DNA from: Longimicrobiales bacterium
Lineage (GTDB): Bacteria; Gemmatimonadota; Gemmatimonadetes; Longimicrobiales; Gaopeijiaceae
Assembly: GCA_965238005.1 (NCBI GenBank)
Contig: OZ250165.1
Coordinates: 2,720,001 to 2,784,000, forward strand
Direction: 5' to 3'
DNA: 64,000 bases
Below the pieces are notes generated by a model. That model was not told where the DNA came from. It ran no database searches and worked only from the letters and a program-made list of their open reading frames with translations. Below, piece after piece: positions 50,770 through 60,922 of the stretch; within the stretch, counting starts at the first letter, position 1, and each line of letters starts with the position of its first letter. The translations under genes and the position numbers were made by a program.

Positions 50770-51615
50770 CACTACCCCGACGTGCGCTGGGGCACCTACC
50801 GCCAGATCCAAGCCCGGGGCGGCCAAGTCAGAAAAGGCGAACAGGGCACCCGCATCCTCTCCTTCCAGGACCACCGGCGGATCGCCGTCAACGACGAGCG
50901 CGGCCGGCCCGTCACGGACAACGAAGGCAAGCGCGTCTACCGCTACGAGCGGATGCACGCGCCTGTCGTCCGGCAGTACACCGTCTTCAACGCCGGGCAG
51001 GCCGACGGGCTGCCGGCCCGGCCCGCGCCCGCTGCCGAGCCGCTCTGGAAGGTGCACCAGCAGGCCGAGCAGGTCCTCGAGGACGGAGGGGTGCCCGTCC
51101 GTCACGTGGCGGGGGACCGGGCGTTCTACAACCTGAACCGCGACGAGATCGTGCTCCCCGAGCGTGGACAGTTCCCCTCCGCGAACCACTACTACCAGAC
51201 GGCGCTGCACGAGCTGGGGCACAGCACCGGCCACCCGGAGCGCATGAACCGCGCAACGCTCGTCCAGGGGATCGAGGGCGGGTTCGGGTCGCCGGCCTAT
51301 GCGAAGGAGGAGCTCCGCGCGGAGATCAGTGCCATGATGACGGGCGAGCGCGTGGGCGTCGGCCATGACCCGAGCCGGGGCGCCGCGTACGTCGAGGGCT
51401 GGATCCAGGCGCTCGAGGAGGACCCCCGCGAGATCCGCCGCGCCGCCGCCGACGCGCAGAAGATCTCCGACTTCGTGCTCGCCCGAACCCGCGAGCGTGA
51501 GCCCGAGCGCGAGCCGGCTCCCGTGGCCGCCACCCGCGCTCCCTCCCGAGAGCCCGCCCTCCGGCCGGAGCGTCCGCTGCCGCTCCCGACCCGGAGCTTC
51601 GGCCCGCGCCGCTGA
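50770..51615 (+). pseudogene. ardC: Second ardC copy, 5'-truncated
   Basis: Similarity to 6426-7454 begins only at DVRWGTYRQ. Confidence 0.85.
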
Positions 51616-51638
51616 CGTCGAGGACGGAGCCCTAGGAG

Positions 51639-52526
51639 ATGTTCGACCGCACGATCGGATCGGACCCGCGTCCCGCCGCGCCGCAAAGCCCCGCTACCTA
51701 CCGCATGCGGGACGGCCATCGCCGAGAATACGACGCGAGCCGGGACCGCGGGTCCACCTCCTTCCGCGAACGGTGCCGTGGGGCGCTCGCCGACATCGGC
51801 ATCTACGGCGCCGTCTCCGTCCGCGATCTCGCCGAGGCCCGCTTCGGCGGCCATCCCTACACCACGCGGCGGGCCGTGAACGCCTGGACCCGCGAAGGGC
51901 TCGCCAACGAGTCCACGGCCAAGGGACCAAAGGGAAGGCCGTTCAAGGTACTGACGCTCACGCGCAAGGGAGCGGCCGCCATCCGCGACCTGGACGCCGG
52001 GCACGGCCTGGACCCCGGACAGCACATAAGGTCCGCCGCTCGTCTCCTCCAACACGCCCAGCTCGCGCACGACACGGCCATCTACCGGGCCTGCGGCCGC
52101 GAACGCCAACGCTTGCTCGAGCGGGGCGCCGCCATCCGGCGCGTACGGCTCGACGGCGAGCTCAAGAGCGCTGTCGCGCGCCGGAGCGAGTCCGCGCGTG
52201 CGAGAGACGGTCGCCGGGCCGCGGACGCCGAGCGGCACCGCGCCGCCCGGGAGCTGGAGCTCCCCATCGACGCCCGGGGCCGCGTGCTCTACCCCGATGC
52301 GCAGATCGAGTACACCGACGCCGAGGGGCGCACCGGACGCGTCAACATCGAGGTCGCATCGGGCAACTACCGGGCTCGCTCCATACGTGCCAAGGTGGCC
52401 GCCGGGTTCCGGATGCACGCAAACGGGCCGGCCGGAGCGCGGGTGCTTAGGGCGCTCGGCTGCGAGGATCATGGCTCCTCCCTACGGGGCCCGGCCGAGC
52501 GGGACCCGGCCGCGATCGAGCTCTAG
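51639..52526 (+). CDS. Intact replication-relaxation/MOB_C-like relaxase candidate
   Basis: Paralog of the IS-disrupted gene; AGGAG RBS; YPD..IE...IEV motif. Confidence 0.65.
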   Translation: MFDRTIGSDPRPAAPQSPATYRMRDGHRREYDASRDRGSTSFRERCRGALADIGIYGAVSVRDLAEARFGGHPYTTRRAVNAWTREGLANESTAKGPKGRPFKVLTLTRKGAAAIRDLDAGHGLDPGQHIRSAARLLQHAQLAHDTAIYRACGRERQRLLERGAAIRRVRLDGELKSAVARRSESARARDGRRAADAERHRAARELELPIDARGRVLYPDAQIEYTDAEGRTGRVNIEVASGNYRARSIRAKVAAGFRMHANGPAGARVLRALGCEDHGSSLRGPAERDPAAIEL

Positions 52527-52535
52527 CACACCCCC

Positions 52536-52850
52536 ATGCAACCCTGGCGTATCAGCGTAGGCCTCAGCGCCGCACTTGTCGGCTCGGGCGTCCTCCTCAC
52601 CGGGTCGCGCCTCGAGTATCTCGCGCCGTTCTGGCCTGTGATCCTGGCGGACCACGGCGTTCCAATTGCCTTGCACCTGGCATTGGCGCTGGCCGCCGTC
52701 TTGGCCGCCCTCTACGCCGTCGCCCGAGCCGCAGGGCTCGCCGACTTGGGACGCCGCGTCGATCTCGTCGAGCGCTCCGTCCGGCGAGGCGAGGGCGATC
52801 CGGAGCTCGCCCGTGCGCTCAAGAGCGACGCCGAGGGCGACTGGGACTGA
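52536..52850 (+). CDS. Small membrane protein (paralog of 3591-3905)
   Basis: Conserved 104-aa ORF. Confidence 0.8.
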   Translation: MQPWRISVGLSAALVGSGVLLTGSRLEYLAPFWPVILADHGVPIALHLALALAAVLAALYAVARAAGLADLGRRVDLVERSVRRGEGDPELARALKSDAEGDWD

Positions 52851-52969
52851 ACACAGACACTTGTGGGGGCTGGACGCGTCCCGGGAAGACTCACTCCCGA
52901 TGTGGACCGTCTCAGCAGCGTTGCTGCCCGTCTGCACGGATGTCGCACGAGGACCTCCGCATGCCGCCC

Positions 52970-53222
52970 CCCTGGGTCGCGACAGCAAATCGATCCGGGT
53001 CGCGTGGCGGCGATGCTTGGCCTCACGCCGATGGAGAGCCGGGTCGCGGCGTTGCGGGCCGAAGGCAAGACCGTCGGCGAGATCGCCTCGGCGACGGGCC
53101 GTCGCGTAAACACCATCCGTACGCACGCGCGCCACATCTTCAGGAAGCTCGGAATCACCCGGCAAGTGGACCTTGTGCGGCTCGTGCCGTCGACGGCGGG
53201 CGCGCCCCGCACTCGGCGTTGA
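52970..53222 (+). pseudogene. LuxR-type HTH C-terminal fragment
   Basis: GLTPMESRVA..AEGKTVGEIA..NTIRTHARHIFRKLG. Confidence 0.8.
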
Positions 53223-53460
53223 AAGCGACAGGAGCGCTCTGGCGGCTCGGCGCTCGACTCTCCATAATCAATGAGCTGACGGTGGCCTCGGCGCCCTGGA
53301 TGCGCGCGGATATGTAGAGACCGTGCTGGGCTAGGGTCTAATTCGTTCGAGCCGTGGCGGACAGCATCACGGGGCGCCTGCAAAGCATGATCGGGAGATT
53401 TGCAGCAAATGTCGAAAAAGGACTTGACATCCAACGCCCGTTTTGATACGGCTATTATAA

Positions 53461-53592
53461 GCCGAGCCGAGCCGAGCCGAGCCGAGCCGAGCCGAGCCGA
53501 GCCGAGCCGAGCCGAGCCGAGCCGAGCCGAGCCGAGCCGAGCCGAGCCGAGCCGAGCCGAGCCGAGCCGAGCCGAGCCGAGCCGAGCCGAGC
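53461..53592. repeat. (GCCGA)26 simple sequence repeat
   Basis: 130 bp of perfect pentamer read directly. Confidence 0.98.
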
Positions 53593-54073
53593 TTATTGCC
53601 TAAGCTCAACCCGACCGCCTGAGCCCTCCGCCGCGCCTGCCGGGGCGCGGCCATCCGGCGCCCCCGGTCCGTCCGACCGAACCCGACACGCCCCTTCCGC
53701 CTCGCGGCCCGCGCGCGCGTTCCTCGCCGTCTGCCTCCTCGCCGCCGCGGCTCTGCTCGGGAGCCCCGGCACCGCGCAAGCGCAGACCGAGCTCAGGAGT
53801 GGGTGGTCCGCCAGGCCGGAGGGCGACCGCGCGACAGAAAGCTCGCAGCAGTACGCGGCACCCCGCCTGCCGTGGGCGGAACTCCCGGCATGGATCCGGG
53901 GAGCCAGAGCGAGGCAAAAGCCCCTCGAGTAACCCAAGCCACCGCCCGCCGCATGGAGAACGCGACACCGAAGCGAAGCGGAGCGCCGCGCCGAGGCAGA
54001 AGAAACCAACCACGAGCGGCGCATCCACTGGCGCCGGCCGTGGAAGCAAGCACAAGTACGACGGAGGAAAGAG

Positions 54074-57000
54074 CATGGAAACCGGAAAGACCCAACTCCG
54101 CGGGAGAGGCCGCGGGGAACGCACAGCCGACGGCACGAGCGGATCGATCAGGGAGCTGAAATCAACGGCGACACGAGGGGCAGGCTGGAAGCAGAGGCTG
54201 GTCACGACAATCGCGACGATCACCGCGCTGGCCGGAGTGGCCGGACCGGCGGCGGCACAGGTCCTGGTGACCAACCTCGGGGAAACCAGCCTGGGTACGA
54301 CAACAGAATTCAGGCTGAGCGTGAACGACTTCGCTCAGCCGTTCACGACGGGACCGAACGCGACCGGGTACCGGCTCGAAGCAGTTTCCCTGGAGTACAC
54401 GACAGGGAGAGTTCGCAAGTACGACCTGGTGTACGTCAGCGTGTACGGAGACCACCCCACGGAGTTCTACCGGCCGAGCGACACCAATCAGGTGGCGCAC
54501 CTGACAACGCATCTACTGGAACAAGAAGGTCCTGTCGCAGGGGTGAACAAGTACAGGGTGAGAAGCAGACGGTTCGGGGGCACGCCGGTAACGTCAGTGC
54601 ACCTCGAGCCGAACACACAGTATTGGGTGGAGATCTTCGCAGGGGAGGACGCGACGACAGCACAACTCGCAGTCACGGCGTCAGGTGACGAGAGTGGAGC
54701 GACAGGGTGGACGATCGGGAGCTATGTACTCACCAAACCGGAAGGAACCTCGGACACTAACTACAGCGTGCTGACCGAGACTTTGAAGCTGAAGGTCGAG
54801 GGCTACGCCAACCCCGAGGTACTGCTGTCGATCAGCGACGCCACGGCGACCGAGGGCGTCGACGAGACGATGGACTTCGTCGTCTCGCTGAGCAGGAGCT
54901 GGAGCAGGACCATAACCGTCGACTACATCACGCTCTCCACCACCGCATCGGCAACACCCGGGGTGGACTACGAAGACATAAACGGAACCCTGACGTTCCG
55001 GCCCGGCGAGACCAGCAAGATCATCTCGGTCCCGATCATCAACGACACCGTGGAAGACAGCGGCGAGACATTCAACGTATTGCTGTACGACGCGAAGGGC
55101 GCCGATCTCGACGCCGATCTGGGAACAGGACTCGGCACCATCCTCAACACGGAGATCCTGACCGGCAGCTTCGAGAACGTGCCAGCCGAGCACGACGGCA
55201 GCACGCCGTTCACCTTCGACGCCGTCTTCAACAGCGACATCGGAATCAGCTACGCGACGCTGCGCGACCACTCGTTCACGGTGACGAACGGCAAAGTGAC
55301 CGGCGCCCGCCGCAGCAACGGGCGGAACGACAGCTGGGAGATCACCGTCACGCCGTGGGGCAACGACGCCGTCACGGTCACGCTCCCGGGCAACCGCGAT
55401 TGCGGAACGACGGCCGCCATCTGCACCAAGGAGGACCACCCGGTACAGCTGAGCAACAGTCCATCGGCGACGGTCGCCGGGCTCCCGGGTCCCGAGGCCG
55501 CCGCCGACGATGACGCCGCCGACGACACGGACGACGCCGACGACACGGCGCCGGCGCCGCTGACGGCGAGCTTCGAGGACGTGCCGTCGGAGCACGACGG
55601 GTCGACAGTGTTCACCTTCCGGCTGCGTTTCAGCGAGGATCCGGCGGTGAGCTACGAGGTGCTCCGGGATCGCGCGTTCACGGTGTCGGGCGGCACCGTG
55701 AAGAAGGCACGCCGGGTGGACGGCCGCAACGACCTGCGGGAGATCCATGTGCAGCCAGAGACCACCGGCGAGATCCGCATCGACCTGCCGGCGACGACCG
55801 ACTGCGACGCGGTCGACGCGATCTGCACCGAGGACGGCAGGCCCCTGTCGCATTCGCTGTCGGAGACCATTGCCAGTCCGGTGGGGATATCGGTCGCAGA
55901 CGCGCGGGTGGACGAAAACGGCGGGGCGCCGCTGGCCTTCGCGGTCACCTTGAGCCGCGCGGCTGCCGGGCAGGTGACGGTGGACTACCAGACGGTGAAC
56001 GGTACGGCGTCGGCGGGGACGGACTACACGGCCACGAACGGTACGCTGACGTTCGAGGCGGGCGAGTCGTCGCAGACGGTCGAGGTCTCGGTGCTCGACG
56101 ATTCGCACGACGAGGGCGAGGAGACGATGACGCTCCGGCTCTCGAATCCGTCGGAGGGCCGGCTGGCCGACGCGGAAGCGACGGGGACGATCGAGAACAC
56201 CGATCCGCTGCCGCGCGCGCTCCTGGCGCGGTTCGGGCGGGCGACGGCGCTCCACGTGATGGAACAGGTCGAGGAGCGTCTGGAGGCGTCCAGAGCTTCG
56301 GGCTTCCGGGGCCGGTTCGCGGGGCGTGAGCTCAGGCGTGGGATGGAGCGCGATATGGGCCGGAACTTCCTGAGCCGGCTTCAGTCCACGGCGGTTCAGG
56401 GCGCTCGGGATACGATGGGTGTCCAGTCCGATCTGAGCGGCTCCGAGCTACTGCGGACGGGTCTCGGGGGCGGGGACGTGCTGATGGGCTCGGGGTTCGT
56501 GTTGAACCGCGAGACGGGCGGAGGCGCGAGCGTCTCGCTCTGGAGCCGCGGGATGGAGTCGCGGTTCAGCGGCCGGGACGGCGAGCTGTCGCTCGACGGC
56601 GGGGTCCGCACGACGATGTTCGGCGCCGACTACGCGAAGGGGCCGCTGATGGCGGGGCTGATGCTCTCGCACCGGCGGGGCCTGGGCGGCTACCAGGGAG
56701 CCGATATCGGCCAGGTGGCCTCGTCGGTCACGGGGCTCCACCCCTGGGTGGGTTACCAGCTGACTGAGCGGGTCACGCTCTGGGGCGTGACCGGATACGG
56801 GAGGGGCTCGCTGAGCTTGACGCCGGGCGAGGCAGTGTCTCTACCAACGTCTCTCGCGGCTCCCGTTGCTCTCGAGGGCGGGCTCTCGATGTCGATGCTG
56901 GCCGGGGGCGTGAGGGGCGATCTGGTGGACTCCGGTGCGGGCGGGTTCGGGCTCGCGTTCAAGGCGGACGCGCTGTGGGTCGGCACGGGCAGCGAGGCCG

Positions 57001-57677
57001 TGGACGGTCCGGCAGGCCGACTGGCTGGGACCGAAGCGGTGGTGACGCGTGTGCGGACAGCGCTCGAGGCCTCGAGGGGCTACGTCTTCGGACACGGCAT
57101 CGCGCTCCGGCCGAGCTTCGAGGTCGGGCTCAGGCGCGACGGCGGGGACGCCGAGACGGGCGTGGGCGCCGACATCGCCGCGAGCCTGATCGCATCGGAC
57201 CCGCTGACCGGACTGTCGGTCGACGTGCGGGTGCGGACGCTGCTCGTGCATCAGGACGAAGGGTTCAGGGAACGGGGCGTGTCGGTGTCGTTCAGCTACG
57301 ACCCGACGCCACAGACGCCGCTGGGCTTCACGGCGCGGGTCGCGCCCTCGTGGGGCGGTCAGGCGATGAGCGGTGCCGACGCGCTCTGGGGCCGCGATAC
57401 GATGGAGGGGCTCGGCGCGGCAGGCCCGGGATCGGGCGACCGCATCGACGCCGAGCTCGGCTATGCGCTGCCGGTCGGGAGTCGGCTGGTGGGGACCCCG
57501 AGGTTCGGCGTCACGACTTCCGAGTACGGGCGCGGCTACCGGCTGGGCTACAGCCTGGCTGTCGTGCAGGGTGGCGCCATGAGCTTCCAGTTCGGCCTCG
57601 ACGCCCAGCGCCGCGAGAGCCTGGGCCGGGGAGACGCCGACCACAGCCTGGTGGGCCGACTCACAGTGGGCTGGTAG
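54074..57677 (+). CDS. Large surface protein with Calx-beta and Ig-like domains and an autotransporter-like C-terminal beta-barrel
   Basis: Signal ending PAAAQ; two Calx-beta motifs (SISDATATEG..GTLTF..GET); two FE(N/D)VP.EHDGS domains; LARFGR helix, beta-rich tail ending in W. Confidence 0.88.
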
Positions 57678-58050
57678 GCGCCAGCGGGCAGGTGGTAGTG
57701 TCCCCGGCGCGCCGGGTGTCCTTGCGAGCGTCGTCCTCCGGGCGATGGCCGTCCCGCATGCGGTGGGCCAGCGCGGCTTTGTCGCGCGGCCGGCCGCAGG
57801 CCCGGTTCGATCCTGCGGTCGACACATCTCATGGCTCCCCTGTGGTGTCAGCTTCTAGTCGCGGCCGCCCGCACTGGCCGCCCTGCCGGCATCGATGTCA
57901 ATGCACCGCACGGTGCAGCCCTTCGCCGCGATCCGTCGGCCGGCCCTCGACTCGCTGGAAGCACCCTCCGAGGCGGCATCCGGTCGCGCTCGGCCACGCG
58001 CCGCAGTGCATGAGCGGGTCCTCACATGCCGGGTCTCGACCCCAACTGCC

Positions 58051-58240
58051 ATGGAGACGCTGACGAGGCACTTCGAATCGCGAGTGGGTGCATCCCTCGA
58101 GCGCACGGGCCTGAAGCCGTCGACGTTCGGCCTGCAGGCGGTGGGCGATCTCAACCCGGTGCGTCAGCTCCGTCCTGGCCGATCCCCGAGACTGGCGATG
58201 GCCTGCCAGGTCCCCGTGTTCATCGAAGCCTGCCGCCGGG
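58051..58240 (+). pseudogene. Small Cro-like HTH protein, probably degenerate
   Basis: LERTGLKPSTFGLQAVGD..VRQLR.GRSPRL; upstream of alpA. Confidence 0.5.
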
Positions 58241-58315
58241 CCCATGTGGCCCCTGTTCCCTCCCCCGGGGCAACGCGCCCCGGAATTCTTCACCGAACAG
58301 AACGGAGGCAGACCG

Positions 58316-58543
58316 ATGACCAGAGCAATGGAACAGAGCATGGACGCGCCCGCGCGCGTCCTGAGGTTACCTCGAGTGCAGGCCCGCACCGGGCTGGCGC
58401 GGAGCACGATCTACGTGCGGGTGGCCGACGGGAGCTTTCCCCAACCGATCCGGCTAGGCGCGCGCGCCGTCGGCTGGATCGAGTCCGAAGTGGATGCGTG
58501 GATCCGAGAACAGATCGCGGCGAGCCGTGGCCGCGAGGAGTAA
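58316..58543 (+). CDS. alpA: AlpA-family regulator / probable recombination directionality factor
   Basis: LRLPRVQARTGLARSTIY...FPQPIRLG.RAVGW.ESEV; GGAGG RBS. Confidence 0.93.
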   Translation: MTRAMEQSMDAPARVLRLPRVQARTGLARSTIYVRVADGSFPQPIRLGARAVGWIESEVDAWIREQIAASRGREE

Positions 58544-58849
58544 TCTGAGACGATAATCATCTCACAGTTCACCATAAGAGAGGGCAGGGGCCATCGACAA
58601 ACTGCCCTCCGGCAAGCTTCGCTCCTTCGCCGTTTCGCCTACAGCCTGCGTCGACCAAGTGCCTATGCCGATCAGGGTGACACGGCGCTCAGCGAGGTTG
58701 GTTCGCTATCGTTTTTCCCCTAACTCGCCCTTCTGGGCGGACACTCCGTCGCTTGTAGGCCCCGATTGTACAGAGATGGTAATGACCTGACACTCGGCCC
58801 TCGCCGGAGCTGCGTCTAGGCTGCCTTCTTGTTGGAGTCCTCCTTGCTG

Positions 58850-59117
58850 GCCTTTGCGGGCGACGAGAATACAATCTTCGGATCGCCTCATCGTCATCCG
58901 CGTGGTCTCGCTCAGCCCCGCGCGACGCCCGCGACGCCCAAGGGAGCACCCGTCACGGGTTCCGCGAACGTACCGTAAGCTCCCGTGTAATCGCCCGCCA
59001 ATTATACGGGATCACATACGATAGAAACGAGTCGGACCAGAAACTACTGCATCCATAACTAACTACAGATCATATACTTATGACGACATAGGGACAGGAT
59101 AGGGAGCTGATCAACCG
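58850..59117 (-). mobile_element. E1-family distal end abutting the 5' truncation of virB4 (core at 59111-59117)
   Basis: Reverse complement aligns in register with 7926 onward (tagttagtta, gactcgtttctatcgtatgtgatcccgtata, cccgtgacggg). Confidence 0.88.
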
Positions 59118-60551
59118 TCCGGGCACGATCTGGGACGGCGCGACGGGGAGCGGCATGAACTGGCGGCTCGCGCTTTCGGAGCTCGAGGCGGAGCGCTCCC
59201 ACCTGCGCCTCGACGGCGAGCCCGTGATCCTGTACTCGCTTCTGTCCCCGCCAGGGCAGGCCTACGCGAACCTGCTCCGGGAGCTCTACTGCCTGGACGC
59301 GGTGATGACGGTCTCGCTCGAGTGGCGGCCCTGGGCGGTGGAAGCGGCGAGGCGCCGGATCCGTGGTGCGCAGCGGCACTACTTCGCGCGCCGCTACTCG
59401 ATGATGGCGCACGTGCAGGAGACGGAGGGCACGGCCGCCGCGATGGTCGACTCGGCCGCGGCCACGGAGTCGGACCGTCTGGGCGAGGCGCTGGTCGAGC
59501 TGGAAGCGGACGGAGTGAGCTACGGCGAGGCCACGCTGACCGTGGCGCTCCACGGCGAGCTTGGGAGCATCGAACGCGTGGACGGCGACCTGCGTCGGCT
59601 GTTCGCCGCCCACGACGCGAAAGTGATCCGGGAGGGCTACGGCCAGCTGCCGGCCTGGTTCTCGCGGCTGCCGGCCCAACCGCGTGGGCGGCAGGTGCGG
59701 AAGGTGTTCGTCTCGGCCGGAGTGGCGGCGTGCCTGGCGCCGCTGTTCGGGCCGCCCAAGGGCCGGGCTAAGAGCAAACACCTTGGCCGCGAGGCGCTCG
59801 CGGTCTTGGAGACCCCGTGGCGCACGGCGTACCACTACGACCTGTTCGCCGGCGACGTGGGCCACACGCTGATGCTCGGCGCGACCGGCTCGGGCAAGAG
59901 CTTCACGCTGAACTTCCTCCTGGTCGAAGCTCTCAGGTACGACCCACGCGTCCTGATCCTGGACCTGGGCGGCTCGTACCGCTGGCTGACCCGGTTCCTC
60001 GGGGGCCGCTACCTGGAGCTGTCGCCCGGCGAGGCGGAGCCCACGCTCCGGCTGCAGCCGTTCGCGCTGCCGGCGGGCACGCGGACGTTCCAGTTCCTGA
60101 CGGGCTGGGTGCTCCGGCTACTGAAGCTCGGCGGTTGGGAGGCGAGCGGGGCGGATACGAGCGAGATCCGGGCCCGGATCGAGGACCTCTACGCGTTCGA
60201 GCCGGAGCGGCGGACGCTGAGCGTCTTGGCAAGCTCGCTTCCGTCCGCGACGTGGCCGGCCTGGAGCCGCTGGACCCAAGGCGGCGCCTGGGGCGCGTAC
60301 TTCGATAACCCGGCCGTCGGAGCGCCGGATCTCGAGTTCGCCGACTGGCAGGTGATCGATCTCGCCGGCGCGGTCGAGCATCCGGATCTCTGCGACGCGG
60401 CGCTCTCCTACCTGCTCGAGCGGATGCGCTTGGAGGTGGAGGACCCGTCCGAGGCGGCGCGGCTGAAGCTGATGGTCGTGGACGAAGCCTGGCGCTACCT
60501 GCAGGACCCGGCCGTACTGAGCTACCTGGCCGAGGCGGCGAAGACGTGGCG
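59111..60551 (+). pseudogene. virB4: VirB4-like ATPase, central fragment bounded on both sides by element ends
   Basis: GHTLMLGATGSGKS Walker A, ILDLGGSY, VVDEAW Walker B; breaks at AKTWR. Confidence 0.88.
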
Positions 60552-60860
60552 TCAGTTATAGACGACGTTCTTACATCGTCGTAACTCTATGACATATAGT
60601 TAGTTATGGGTGTCTTAGTTTCTGGTCCGACTCGTTTATATCGTATGTGATCCCGTATATTATTAGGGGGATTACACGGGACCATGCGGTGCGTTCACGG
60701 ACCCCGTGACGGGTTCTTCCTTGGGCGTCGCGGGCGTCGCGGGGGGGGTTGAGAAAGACCCGGCAGATGACGGCGTGGCGATCCCGAAGATCGAATTTTC
60801 GTCGCCACGTCGCGGGCGTTCGGGTACGTACTGGGCCATCCGCGAGGGCGATTCGCTCAC
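60545..60860 (+). mobile_element. Left end of another E1-family element (E5) inserted in virB4; predicted core CGTGGCG at 60545-60551; the element continues past the window
   Basis: Aligns with the E1 left end, with the same 30-nt register from the junction to tcgtcg. Confidence 0.85.
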
Positions 60861-60922
60861 CTCGGCTCACGGCAACGTGCCGACCGCGACGAAGGTGGCC
60901 GCCCGAAGCGCCCGGCGCTCGC

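Noticed and set aside
53461..53592. CRISPR array at the short tandem repeats (also 3307-3348 and 61460-62755)
   Set aside because: Contiguous repeats with no unique spacers, and no cas genes in the window
48362..59117. A single complete element from the E4 integrase to the 59110 end
   Set aside because: No matching core, and the flanks are different genes in opposite orientation; at most a recombined mosaic
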